Source: Octopus bimaculoides (Eukaryota). Taken from it: a stretch of 61,000 bases of DNA. The position numbers were made by a program, and so were the translations under genes. This document shows, piece by piece, positions 1 through 12,045 of this stretch; within the stretch, counting starts at the first letter, position 1; each line of letters begins with the position of its first letter. Under the pieces are notes generated by a model, which worked only from the letters and a program-made list of their open reading frames with translations, was not told where the DNA came from and did no database searches. Location of the stretch: the NCBI RefSeq assembly GCF_001194135.2, contig NC_068988.1, forward strand, positions 65,511,041 through 65,572,040, written 5' to 3'.

Positions 1-113
1 CTAAATTTCCCGCTGCTAGGGTCCAGCAAGTTGTCACATGCCAGTGTCTAAACTTCCCGCTGCTAGGCTCCAGTAAGCAGCCCCAGCAAGTTGTCACGTG
101 ACACTGTCTAAAC
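1..113. repeat. Imperfect tandem repeat (47/60-bp unit), probably a DNA-transposon subterminal region cut by the window edge
   Basis: ctaaa(t/c)ttcccgctgctagg...ccagcaagttgtcac(a/g)tg..c.gtgt occurs at 1-47 and 48-107; a third unit starts at 108. Confidence 0.6.
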
Positions 114-579
114 TTTAATTCAACAATGCAAAAAATATTTTAACAATTTTTTTCAAATACAATTCTTAATTACACTTAATGATAAAAATAAAATAGGATT
201 TAAAAAAAAAAACATTGAATGGGTACGCGGGTCCAGTAGATTAAAATAGGAATGAAAGGTGTCCATAGGCCAAAATGTTACAGAAAAACGCCTTATAAAC
301 TTATCGGTAATATAAACTTATCGGAAATATATTAAACAAGATAAGGTATGTAGAGTTATCTCCCATAGTTTAGCCACACGGAAGAAGCGTAGTTGTTTCA
401 AGCATATATATTTACTCAACAGGTAGACAACAGGTAGATTGGTAAGTCATATGTATTTAATGAGTAAATGTAGTTAGCAAAACAGGTAGATATGTCAAGT
501 AAGTAACTGCTGGCGTTAAATATTTTCAAGTTTCACCATGTTTAATTTTGTTAGCATTCATACTTCCTCCTACTTACAA

Positions 580-737
580 GTATGTGTGTATATATGTATG
601 TATGTATTTATGTATGTATGTACGTATGTATGATGTATGTATGTATGTATGCATGCACGCACGCACGTACGTATGTATGTATGTATGTATGTATGTATGT
701 ATGTATGTATGTATGTATGTATGTATGTATGTATGTA
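580..737. repeat. (ATGT)n microsatellite; representative of many (TA)n, (CA)n, (ATGT)n, (TATC)n, (GA)n and (AAT)n tracts in the window
   Basis: Directly visible tetranucleotide repeat. Confidence 0.95.
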
Positions 738-924
738 TAAAGCAGATTATCACCGATAGGCTTAAAGTGTATCTTTAGATGGAATACAAAATACGGATTA
801 CAGAATAAAGAAAGAAGAAATTAAAACAAAGAAAAAATTATAGAAAAATTCTTGTTTTCTGTTTTGCTTTCATTTCTGTTTATTCTGTAATCTGTAGTTT
901 GTACTCTATGTAAATATACAACGT

Positions 925-1302
925 GGAGGCGCAATGGCCCAGTGGTTAGGGCAGCGGGCTCGTGGTCATAGGATCACGGTTTCGATTCCCAGACCAGGCG
1001 TTGTGAGTGTTTATTGAGCAAAAACACCTAAAAGCTCCACGAGGCTCCGGCAGGGGATGGTGACGAACCCTGCTGTACTCTTTCACCACAACTTTCTCTC
1101 ACTCTTACTTCCTGCTTCTGTTGTGCCTGTAATTCAAAGGGTCAGCCTTGTCACACTTTGTCACGCTGAATATCCCCGAGAACTACCTTAAGGGTACACA
1201 TGTCTGTGGAGTGCTCAGCCACTTGCACGCTAATTTCACGAGCAGGCTGTTCCGTTGATCGGATCAACCGGGACCCTCAACGTCGTAAGCGACGGAGTGC
1301 CA
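925..1302 (+). mobile_element. tRNA-derived SINE, family 1, full length
   Basis: Head ggaggcgcaatggcccagtggttaggg...ggtttcgattccc has A/B-box-like motifs; 3' end cgtcgtaagcgacggagtgcca; taaatataca at 911-920 and 1308-1317 is TSD-like; near-identical copies at 26668 and 51124. Confidence 0.9.
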
Positions 1303-1934
1303 GCTACTAAATATACATCACAAGCCAACCAGTATTTATACGCCTTTCTTCCTTTTCTCTACTTTTCTGTCTTTCTTTGTCTCTGTTTATCTCTCTCTGT
1401 CTGTCTCTCCTCTCTCTTTCTGTATATATCATCGTGATAAGTAGTCCCTGGTTCGATTCAACTTCGTTGTATCCGCAACATGTATTATTTCCATAACCAC
1501 AGGTCGGCCCATACATTGTGAGTGAAACTGGGCAGACTGAAACTCGTCTATAGAAGCTCGTCTAGTGCATTGTATCTGGAATTCAAACGGCACAAGCCTG
1601 TTACACTTACAGTCACAACGAATCTGCCCCGAGACTTGCATAAGGTGTTGATGTGTTATAATACCCAACCACATAAACGTTTATTTAGAAGGTAATTCAG
1701 TTGACACAACATCTGAATCCTCATTGTCAAACGGAGATCCACCAAGATCACCACATCGGTTTCTGGCTTGAGACCCGGACATGTCATCCACTAATGTGTA
1801 AAGATCATGTCAACCAATGATGTGTAAAGGTTTGCTTGACATCAAGGTCCTTGACTCTACTCGGGTATTTGCCATGCAGTGGTTTTTGCCTGCATTCCTC
1901 TTTAGCATATTGGAGGCTGGTTTGTTTATCTTCT

Positions 1935-2133
1935 ATCTTTTATCTTTTACTTGTTTCAATCATTTGAATGCGGTCATGCTGAGGCACGCACGGCCTTGAA
2001 GGATTTTAGTCGAACAAATCGACCCCAGTGCTTATTTTTTATTGCCGAACCGCTAAGTTACGGGGAAGTAAACACACCAACACCAGTTGTGGCGGCAAAC
2101 ATAAATCAGAGACAGACACACACAGACACAGAC

Positions 2134-2168
<35 letters not shown>

Positions 2169-2251
2169 AACACACACACGCACACACTCACACACTCACA
2201 CACACACACACACACACACATACATGCACGCACGCACGCACGCACACACAC
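1935..2251 (-). mobile_element. SINE family 3 (internal microsatellite), 3' half; rest lost in gap
   Basis: ttttacttgtttcaatcatttgaatgcggtcatgctgaggcac...gccgaaccgctaagttacgggg matches the full copy at 32349-32808. Confidence 0.8.
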
Positions 2252-2535
2252 ANNNNNNNNNNNNNNNNNNNNNNNNNNNNNNNNNNNNNNNNNNNNNNNN
2301 NNNNNNNNNNNNNNNNNNNNNNNNNNNNNNNNNNNNNNNNNNNNNNNNNNNNNNNNNNNNNNNNNNNNNNNNNNNNNNNNNNNNNNNNNNNNNNNNNNNN
2401 NNNNNNNNNNNNNNNNNNNNNNNNNNNNNNNNNNNNNNNNNNNNNNNNNNNNNNNNNNNNNNNNNNNNNNNNNNNNNNNNNNNNNNNNNNNNNNNNNNNN
2501 NNNNNNNNNNNNNNNNNATATTTTGATTAGGATTT

Positions 2536-2640
2536 GATTGGTAGAGGATAGTCACATGACTAGTCTTTGAGGTTTTTGTAGGTTTCCCGCTACGTCCGTG
2601 TGTTAGTCTCACGTGACAGTATATTTTGCGCCTAAAATGA
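2536..2640 (+). promoter_or_regulatory. Candidate promoter-like motif cluster
   Basis: ATTGG (~2537), GTCACATGAC 2551, TTTCCCGC 2583, TCACGTGAC 2609 and TTTTGCGCC 2624 in a locally CpG-richer non-repeat stretch; motif match only. Confidence 0.25.
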
Positions 2641-3028
2641 CGGCCGACACGATTGAGTGAACATGTTTGCTTACAATCAAGGTACTCTATCTACAAACGG
2701 CTCCCACTCTCTCACCTGGCAGATTAAGTTTCTCGAAGGTATATTATTGCATTTTTGTCTCTGAGTATCTTCATGTTTGAGAACCTGCTTTAACATTCAC
2801 TCGTTTGCCTGCTTCAGGTAGGCAGAAAGTCCCATAGTTGCAACTTTCAATGGGAGTTAAGATTCTATAATCACTTCGTGAGAACCTTCTTTTCTCAAAA
2901 AAGCTATAATAGGGATTTCGGTCTATGTCTGCTTTTGTGGGGTTTCATACGAGAAATTATCATCAGTTTTTGAATCTTGATTACACCTCTAACTGTTTTA
3001 ACTGTTGACATTCAATTTAAATACTGAC

Positions 3029-3447
3029 TTCAAATTTTGGCACAAGGCCAGCAATTTCGGCGGCGGGGTAGGTCGATTAAATCGATCCCAGTGTTCAACT
3101 GGTTCTTATTTTATCTACCTCGAAAGGCAAAGTCGACCTCGGCGGAATTTGAACTCAGAACGCAAAGACGGACGAATTGCCGCTAAGCATTTGCCCGGCG
3201 TGCTAACGATTCTTATTTCTTTACTGTACACAAGGGGTTAAACATAGAAGGGACAAACAAGGACATACAAACGGTTTAAGTCGATTATATCGACCCCAGT
3301 GTGTAACTGGTACTTGTTTAATCGACCCCGAAAGGATGAAAGGCAAAGTCGACCTCGGCGGAATTTGAACTCAGAAAGTAACGGCAGACGAAATACCAAT
3401 AAGCATTTCGCCCGGCGTGCTAACGATTCTGCCACCTCACAGTCCGC
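3029..3447 (-). mobile_element. Two adjacent/nested SINE family 2 copies (3029-3210, 3212-3447) with different 3' tails
   Basis: Shared body tcgaccccgaaaggatgaaaggcaaagtcgacctcggcggaatttgaactcagaa; on the minus strand the B-box is gagttcaaattcc. Confidence 0.9.
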
Positions 3448-4001
3448 GTTTAATTTAAATATGAACCACATCTCTATCTTTTAAACAGCGTCCAAGATTA
3501 TGGTCGTATTCCTGCCCCTGGACATTGGCCGCATTTACTGGAAATAGCTTGTGTTTAACTTAATATGGCGCTAAATCTCTCTTACATTCGGAATATTATA
3601 ATAGTTAAAGGATAAATCCGGTCTGTAGTAATGTTTTGTCTATAGTAATGCTCTGACTACAATAGTGTCTTGTTTACAGTAGCCCTTTGTGTATAGTAGT
3701 ACCTTGCCTGTAGTTGGGTATTATCAACAACTTTACATTGCATATAAAAGTATCTTGTCTATAGTATTGCCTATGCTATAGCCCGGTTTATGCTAGTGCC
3801 TTATCTATGGTCTGTAGTAGAACCTAACAGCAATACTACCTCGTCTCTATCAGAATGTTGGTTATAGAAGTGCTCCCCCCAAATTGAATTAAGTGATACC
3901 ATCAACCAATTATCAGTATGAATATTACAACCTTAAGAATGGAATTTCAAAATCCCAGTCATAAGATCCGTGTGTCATATATATATATATATGTGTGTTT
4001 A

Positions 4002-4033
<32 letters not shown>

Positions 4034-4112
4034 TGTGTGAATGTATGTATGTGTGTGTGTGTGTATGTGTGTGTCTATGTATATAATGTATACATACATA
4101 GATACATACATA

Positions 4113-4190
<78 letters not shown>

Positions 4191-4271
4191 AGGTATATAA
4201 TGTATGTATATATATTCATATATATTTACATACATATATACATTGCAGTATGTATATATATATGTGTGTGC

Positions 4272-4321
<50 letters not shown>

Positions 4322-5167
4322 CATACATATGTATATTATATATACACACATTTATATACACATGCATATGTATGCATGTATGTACACGCACAGAAACACA
4401 CTTATAAACCCTTCTACTTCCACCGACTTTCCTCAGACAAGTCAAACATTCCTTTCTTCTAGCTAGAATTTCTCATCCCACGTTCGTTGCGTGAATATTT
4501 ATTTTCATGCACTAAGAAAGATGGCAACGAGGAATCGAACCTGTTGGGTTTCTAACGCAGAAACTGAGATAACGAAACTAAATGCAACACAGTTTTACAC
4601 CCATATCAGATCACAGCAGCATCCTCTTCTTGCATATAATTTTTCTCTTTGGATTTAGAATAAAAAGAAGATAAACTGGATTGAGTGATGTTCATGCTTT
4701 ATCAAAACTATTATCGTTGTTAAGTACTTAGTCAGCGTTCCAAACTTGTCACACATGTTTGAATATCTAAAAGTACATTATCTAATATATTTCTATTTTT
4801 TTAAGATAGCAGGATATTAAGTATGGGGATTTTGTGACTATTTTAACTGAGCACAGCTTGTGGAGGTGGCTTTTTGTCTCCTTTTCATGGACGTTGCTAC
4901 TAGCTTAGACAAGTGAATTAGCACCATTTATTTCAATGGTAGACATAATTCTATGTGTTGTAGGGGAAATAACTCCATCAAATTCTTCAATGTATATTTA
5001 CCTTCTCTCCCTGAAAATAATTGCATTTATCGATAACATTTCTTTTACACAAGAATTCATAAGAACGAGCGAACGAACACACAAACATATATATGCATGT
5101 ATGTATGTATGCATGCATGCGCATGTATGTATGTATGTATGTGTGTGTGTGTGTGTATGTGTATGTA

Positions 5168-5236
<69 letters not shown>

Positions 5237-5504
5237 ATATACAGACACGATTTATGTATCGCTAATTCACCAGAAGCAATACTGGAAAAATTTTGGTATT
5301 ATTCCATATAAGGCCATAGCTTAGATTACATATACCTACATACATACATGCATGCATACATACACACACACATGTATATATAACTGCTGGTAGTATTTGC
5401 ACTTGTTTAAGAATGCAGTTATATGAAAGGACGAACTCAAGATTATTAAGTAAAGCGTTAAGTTTTCCACTAAAGTAGAATCGAAAAAAATGTATTTTCA
5501 GAAC

Positions 5505-5680
5505 TGAAATTTGGGAGTAGGGACTAGTCGATTTCATCGACCCTCGTGATTTACTGGTACTTATTTTATCGACCTCGAAAGGATGAAATGCAAAGTCGAC
5601 CTCAGCAGAATTCGAACTCAGAACGCAGCGACGGGCGAAATAACACTAAGCATTTTGTGCAGTGTGCTAACGATTCTGTC
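5505..5680 (-). mobile_element. SINE family 2 copy
   Basis: Same body (aaggatgaaatgcaaagtcgacctcagcagaattcgaactcagaac). Confidence 0.85.
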
Positions 5681-5699
5681 AGGTGTTACTATAGTAGAC

Positions 5700-6330
5700 A
5701 TTATGTCTGTGTGTCTGTCCGTCTGTCCACCTCTTTGTCTGTTCCCTTTTCACGACCAGACGGCTGGACCAATGGTTACGATATTTTTCGGGATTGCAAA
5801 GACGGTCGTCAGGAAGGTTTTTAGTATTAAAAAATCAGAAAGTAAGACTATTTCGTGGATATCGATTTTTGAATTGATAAACCACCGTAGATACGAAGGG
5901 GGTCTCGAGGACGGTTAATAGCGAAAATAAAATGGAAATAGTGTGTCAGTATATAGTGTGTGTGATTATTTAGTGGTTAATTAAGTGTGTTAGTCTCGAG
6001 CAGGATCCGAAACGGCTAATCGAAGTGGATGTTGTTTACATCTCAGTTTTGTCAATCAAAAATAACTCATGGTACTAGAACATCTATAGTTATTATTCGC
6101 ATAGAACAACGAGAGATAAGTCTTAGTTTAATTTTTTGCAACCCTAAGGATCTCGCTCGCGCATTCACAGCAAACAAGGTAAAGGGCTTGACTTTAGATC
6201 GTGTAAATGTAATTTTACCCACTCCGATGTTTAAAAACGGTCAGTTGCTATGAGTAGAGCAACGGACTCCAGTAATTTGAAAACTAGTGTCGACCAAACA
6301 GAAAATATAGTCTACAAAGAAGTTTTGTAA
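5700..6330 (+). mobile_element. Helitron remnant with degenerate C-terminus of the Pif1-like helicase (~6110-6330)
   Basis: Translation LARAFTANKVKGLTLDRVNVILPTPMFKNGQL, frameshift, then AMSRATDSSNLKTSVDQTENIVYKEVL* matches the Helitron helicase motif AFAMTINKSQGQTL..V...L..PVF.HGQLYVA.SR...T.NIVY.EVL. The (ctgt)-rich 5700-5830 segment resembles non-autonomous Helitron 5' regions. Confidence 0.8.
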
Positions 6331-6526
6331 TTATATTGATACTATCCCTAAACATCTGAACAGATGGATAGAGGAAATAGGTATAGAACTAAGATTAGTA
6401 TAGCTGCGGAAAACAGTGCTATTAGGGACAGCCAGGATACTTAGGAGGGTTCTTGGCATCTAAGGCTACTTGTTGTAGCCCGATGTTAGGATTCTTTTCT
6501 TTTCGAACAATCTAATCTGTTCAGTG

Positions 6527-6594
<68 letters not shown>

Positions 6595-6634
6595 TAATAA
6601 TAATAATAATAATAATAACAACAACAACAATACC

Positions 6635-6684
<50 letters not shown>

Positions 6685-6695
6685 TAATAATAATA

Positions 6696-7262
6696 ATAAG
6701 CATGTTGTCTCCATGTGCAGTCTGCTTGCGCCTACAGAGTATCTCAACAGGCATGNNNNNNNNNNNNNNNNNNNNNNNNNNNNNNNNNNNNNNNNNNNNN
6801 NNNNNNNNNNNNNNNNNNNNNNNNNNNNNNNNNNNNNNNNNNNNNNNNNNNNNNNNNNNNNNNNNNNNNNNNNNNNNNNNNNNNNNNNNNNNNNNNNNNN
6901 NNNNNNNNNNNNNNNNNNNNNNNNNNNNNNNNNNNNNNNNNNNNNNNNNNNNNNNNNNNNNNNNNNNNNNNNNNNNNNNNNNNNNNNNNNNNNNNNNNNN
7001 NNNNNNNNNNNNNNNNNNNNNNNNNNNNNNNNNNNNNNNNNNNNNNNNNNNNNNNNNNNNNNNNNNNNNNNNNNNNNNNNNNNNNNNNNNNNNNNNNNNN
7101 NNNNNNNNNNNNNNNNNNNNNNNNNNNNNNNNNNNNNNCAAATCGAAATATATGGTACCCTAGGCATAACATCTACATGCACTTCTAACTTGTTGTCTCT
7201 TGAGGTCTCTGGGTGAGACTTGGATCCAACTTGTACAAATTCAAAGCAAAAGTCAAACATAA
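6696..7262 (+). mobile_element. R4/Dong-like non-LTR retrotransposon fragment spanning a gap, embedded in (AAT)n
   Basis: KHVVSMCSLLAPTEYLNRH (6699-6755) matches the CCHC knuckle end (H..SGC..LA..EY..RH) of RLE-type LINEs; the post-gap sequence ends in an (AAT/AAC)n tail. Confidence 0.6.
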
Positions 7263-7277
7263 AATAATAATAGTAAT

Positions 7278-7362
<85 letters not shown>

Positions 7363-7365
7363 CAA

Positions 7366-7642
7366 CTATGACGATTTAATGCAAGAAATACGTAGGTTGT
7401 GGTCAATGAAGAGATTAGACGTGATACCAATAGTAATTGGTGCACTTGGAAGTATCAACACTCGACTACCACCATGGCTGAAAAAGATCGGTGCAAGTGT
7501 GAAGGTAGAACACCTACAAAAATCAACATTTCTTGGAATTTCAGGAATTCTTCGCAGGGTTCTTGAAGCATGACCAGTAAACAAGTGTCACATTAGTCTG
7601 CTGGCTGTGGATGGCTGACACTTTCCATCATACCCAGAAAAA
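7366..7642 (+). mobile_element. R4/Dong-like LINE 3' end (RLE domain C-terminus plus 3' UTR)
   Basis: YDDLMQEIRRLWSMKRLDVIPIVIGALGSINTRLPPWLKKIG...LQKSTFLGISGILRRVLEA* follows the typical R4-clade C-terminus (KY.DL..EI.RLW....VIPIVIGALG...LQK...LG...ILR.VL). Confidence 0.85.
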
Positions 7643-7664
7643 TAAGCAGTAAGTTTTCATATAA

Positions 7665-8227
7665 TCTTTTCGACTCTAGGCACAAGGCCCTAAATTTTTG
7701 GGCAGGGGGGTTAAGTCGATTAGATCGACCCCAGTACGCAACTGGTACTTAATTTATCGACCCCGAAAGGCAAAATCGACCTCGGCTGAATTTGAACTCA
7801 GAACGTTACGGAATACCGCTAAGCATTTCGCCCGGCGTGCTAGCGTTTCTGCCAGCTCGCCGCCTTTGCGTTTTCATATACTACTAATAATATTAATAGT
7901 TTCAAATTTGGGCACAAGGTTAGCAATTTCGGAGGTTAGATTAAGCTGATTACATCGAGCCCAGAGCTCAACTGGTACTTGTTTTATCGAGCCCGAAGGA
8001 ATAAACCGACTTCAGCGGAATTTGAACTTAGAACGTTAAGCCAGAAGAATTGCCGTTAAGAATGTTTTCGATGTACTGAAAACTCTGGCAGCACACCACC
8101 TAAACAATAATAGTCCTTTCTACTATAGGCACAAGGCCTGACATTTNNNNNNNNNNCAGAGTGTAAAGTCGGACGAAATACCACTGAGCATTTTGCCCGG
8201 CGTGCTAACAATTCTGCCAACTCACTG

Positions 8228-8232
<5 letters not shown>
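7665..8232 (-). mobile_element. Three head-to-tail SINE family 2 copies
   Basis: Bodies at ~7665-7865, 7900-8100 and 8112-8232 (last interrupted by a short gap). Confidence 0.85.
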
Positions 8233-8293
<61 letters not shown>

Positions 8294-8315
8294 TAATAAT
8301 AACAATAATAATAAT

Positions 8316-8792
8316 GTCTTGGTATAAAAGATAGGCTACAGCAAATATTCTGCTCAATACAACAGATTTGCCTTTCAGTTACTTGACTTTAACCAGTTGA
8401 GCATGTCCCTTAGTGGCTGACGATATGTGCATCTCTGATCATGAGCAGAAATAGTGGGGGAGCGTCATAGCCATGTGTTGAGAAGTGTTCTTTGGGGTTT
8501 GAATAATTCACATGCGGACACATGGGTGTATTGTTCATCAACCGTAAAACAAGCTTTATTCAGGGACCATTTGAGTGGGATGGACTACTCGACCTGAAGA
8601 AAATTCTAACTGGGCCCCATCTGAAAGGTCATGCGCTGTTTATCTTGATATGAGATCACAGTGTCGTGCACATGTGGTTGTGATGTATGTGTCTAGTGTA
8701 CCCTTATCAGATGGGTCACCATGATGGATATATTGGGTTTCGTATATTTGTACCCCAGTGTCGCTTTGATGGCATGCACTGCTCTCTCAGTC

Positions 8793-8793
<1 letters not shown>
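8316..8793 (+). repeat. Unclassified interspersed repeat ending in (AAT)n, copy 1
   Basis: ctacagcaaatattctgctcaatac...ccagttgagcatgtcccttagtggctgacgatatgtgcatctct...aaggtcatgcgctgtttatcttgatatg recurs at 11740-12045. Confidence 0.7.
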
Positions 8794-8851
<58 letters not shown>

Positions 8852-8879
8852 TAACAATAATAACAGCAACAACTATAAT

Positions 8880-9660
8880 GGTTTCAAATTTTGCCACAAG
8901 GGCAGTAATTTCTTTTGGTGGAGGAGGGGATGAGTCGATTACATCGGCTCCAGTGTTCAGCTGGTACTTATATCGACCCCGAAAGGATGAAAGACAACGT
9001 CGACCTCGATGGAATTTGAACTCAGAACGTAGCGACGGGTGAAATACTGTTAAGCATGTCGTCCAGCGTGCTAACGATTCTGTCAGCTCACCGCCTTGAA
9101 TAATAATAATAATAATGATAATAATAATAATAATAATAATAACAATAATAATAATAATAATGATAATAATAATAATAATAATATCAACAACAATAATAAT
9201 AATCTTTTCTACTGTAGGCACAAGGTCTGAAATTTAGCGGGAGGGGTAAGTCGATTACATCGACCCTAATACTTGACTGGTACTTAATTTATCGACCTCG
9301 AAAGGATGAACGGCAAAGTCGACCTCGACGGAATTTGAACTCAGAGCATGCAGACAGATGAAATGTCGCTCATGCATTTCGCCCAGCATGCTAACTGTTC
9401 TGCCAGCTCGCCGCTTTAAACAATAATAATATTAACAACAACAACAACAACAATAATCCTTTCTACTGGAGGCACAAGGCTGCACGTTTCTGGGGTGGAG
9501 ACTAGTCAATTATATCGATCCCAGTGCGTAACTGGTACTTAATTTATCGACCCCGAAATTATGAAAGGCAAGGCCGACCTCGCCGTTATTTGAACTCAGA
9601 ATGTACCGACGGACGAAATGGCACTAATCATTTCATCCAGCGCGCTAAGGATTCAACCAA
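8880..9660 (-). mobile_element. Three SINE family 2 copies separated by (AAT)n/(AAC)n
   Basis: Bodies at ~8880-9098, 9203-9418 and 9456-9660. Confidence 0.85.
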
Positions 9661-10337
9661 TCGAAACCGATATGCGAATGTTCCAAAAATGTTCTCCTCC
9701 TTGGAACAACTCATATTCTCAGAGCTTTTTGTTGAAGCTTGACAGCACGAAGAAAAAAACAAAATAAAAAAACAAAATAAAATTTAAAAAAAAAATAAAT
9801 AAAAGCAGCATACAAGTACGAAGTTATAAGAATAAAGAGGACGATGATGATAATGTTGGCAGATGTTGCGGCTGATGTGCCTGTGGCAGTGATGATTGCG
9901 ATTAGGCGCAGAATAAACTATACTAAAATCAGATAAATATTTTTTTTTTTTAATTATAAAAATAAATAGATAAATTGATAAATAAATCTTAAAAACAGAA
10001 GAAAATTTATTTGAAATGAGAGAAACATCTGTGATGTGTGGAATAAGAAGGAGGCAAGAAAATTCTCTAAAATAAATATTCGCGAAAAATCGTTAGATTG
10101 ACGTATGGCATTAAATGAATCCTGTTGTGGTAATATGGTCTTGTTAAACGGTATATTGATGTATCTTTTATAAACAAATTTGGTTTCAATTTTGATTGGT
10201 GCCAATCTAGGTTAACTGCAGCAACAATTATATTAAAAGAGAGTGATATAACAACAACAACAAACTGTAGAAATATAACGGCTATCAATAATAGACAATA
10301 GGAATAAGAAAACCAATACCAATGATAAAAAAAAAAA

Positions 10338-10795
10338 AAAGATGGTATAAACACACGCCAGAAAAGGTCACAGAAAACGAGAAAGCAACCATACTCTGGG
10401 ATATGCCAATACACACAGATAGAGAAATTAAGGCAAATAGACCAGATATAGTTGTCAAAGATCATGAAGAAAAAAATGCTTTTTAATTGATGTATCAATA
10501 CCAGCAGATGACAACGTCTCTCTAAAAGAAATGGAAAAACTTTCAAAATACAAAGACCTGGAAATAGAGGTAACTCGAATGTGGAATCTAAAAACAGAAA
10601 CAATTCCTATTATAGTAGGTGCCTTAGGTATAATAAAAANNNNNNNNNNNNNNNNNNNNNNNNNNNNNNNNNNNNNNNNNNNNNNNNNNNNNNNNNNNNN
10701 NNNNNNNNNNNNNNNNNNNNNNNNNCAAGGCGCACAGAGCTGCGCTCGGTAGTGAAGTGAAAGCACGTTATAAAAATAAAACTACTGAACAATGA
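10338..10795 (+). mobile_element. R4/Dong-like LINE 3' portion (RLE domain) with 3' UTR and (AAT)n tail
   Basis: Open frame RWYKHTPEKVTENEKATILWDMPIHTDREIKANRPDIVVKDHEEKKCFLIDVSIPADDNVSLKEMEKLSKYKDLEIEVTRMWNLKTETIPIIVGALGIIK contains the RPD...D restriction-like endonuclease motif. Confidence 0.92.
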
Positions 10796-10812
10796 TAATA
10801 ATAATAATAATG

Positions 10813-10870
<58 letters not shown>

Positions 10871-10872
<2 letters not shown>

Positions 10873-10990
10873 CACTTTCAATACAGTAACCATAAGAGCA
10901 TCACAGCAAACCACAGCACATACCCAAGGCACACAGAGCTGCGCTCGGTAGTGAAGTGAAAGCACGTTATAAAAATAAAACTACTGAACA
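10871..10990 (+). mobile_element. 5'-truncated second copy of the same R4-like 3' UTR
   Basis: caaggc(g/a)cacagagctgcgctcggtagtgaagtgaaagcacgttataaaaataaaactactgaacaat repeats 10726-10793. Confidence 0.85.
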
Positions 10991-11009
10991 ATAATAATAA
11001 TAATAAAAA

Positions 11010-11392
11010 TGGTCTCAAATTTTGACACAAGGGTAGCAGTTTTGTTGTAGGGGATGAGTCGATTAGATCAACCAAAGTGTTCAGCTGGTACTTAGTTTAA
11101 CGATCCCCAAAGTATGAAAGGTAAAGTCAACCTCGGTGTAATTTGAACTCAGAACGTAGCAATGGGCGGAATACTGCAATAACGATAATAATGATTTCAG
11201 ATTTTACCACAAAGGGCAGCCATTTTGGGCGACGGGATAAGTCGATTATATCGACCCCAGTGTTTCACTGGTACTTAATTTATCGACTTCGAAAGGATGA
11301 AAGGTAAAATCGACTTCGGCGGAATTTGAACTCAGAACGTAACGACGTAAGCATTTTGCCCGGCATGCAAACGATTTTGCCAGCTCGCTGTC

Positions 11393-11449
<57 letters not shown>

Positions 11450-11612
11450 CCTGGAACTTCTGGGGAGAGGGATAGTCGATCGCATCGACCCCAGTACTTG
11501 ACTAGTACTTAATTCATCGACCCCGAAAGGATGAAAGGTAAAGTTGACATCGATGGAATTTGAACTCAGAACGTAGAGATAGACGAAATGTCGCTAAAAC
11601 ATTTCGCCGCCT
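11010..11612 (-). mobile_element. Three SINE family 2 copies in (AAT)n-rich spacers
   Basis: Bodies at ~11010-11175, 11195-11395 and 11450-11612. Confidence 0.85.
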
Positions 11613-11734
11613 TAATAATAATGATGATGATGATAATAATAATGGTTGCACAAATACAATACCAAACAGTGACTCTCATGGGTTTTACTCTTAACTGACT
11701 GGAAGTGTTAGCATATACATGTTTTATCTTGTAT

Positions 11735-12045
11735 AGCATGCGCTACAGCAAATATTCTGCTCAATACCTCAGATTTGCTTGTCATTTACTTTACCTCAAC
11801 CAGTTGAGCATGTCCCTTAGTGGCTGACGATATGTGCATCTCTAATCATGAGCGGGAGTAGTGGGAAAGTATCATCGCCGTGTGTTGAGAGGAATTCTTT
11901 GGAATTTAAATAATTCACCACTGAAAACACATATTTCGTTCATCTTGCTCAAACTGTCAGAAAACAAATTTCTAACTGGGTTCCACCTGCAAGGTCATGC
12001 GCTGTTTATCTTGATATGGAGTCACTATGTCGCGTACATTTAGTT
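11735..12045 (+). repeat. Unclassified repeat, copy 2, truncated by the MITE
   Basis: Homologous to 8336-8680. Confidence 0.7.

Noticed and set aside
925-1000. tRNA gene calls at SINE heads
   Set aside because: A/B boxes run directly into SINE bodies and tails; I could not build a complete cloverleaf.
7665-11612. Regularly recurring repeats with spacers (CRISPR-like appearance)
   Set aside because: Units are ~200-bp diverged SINEs separated by microsatellites in eukaryotic DNA; no cas genes.
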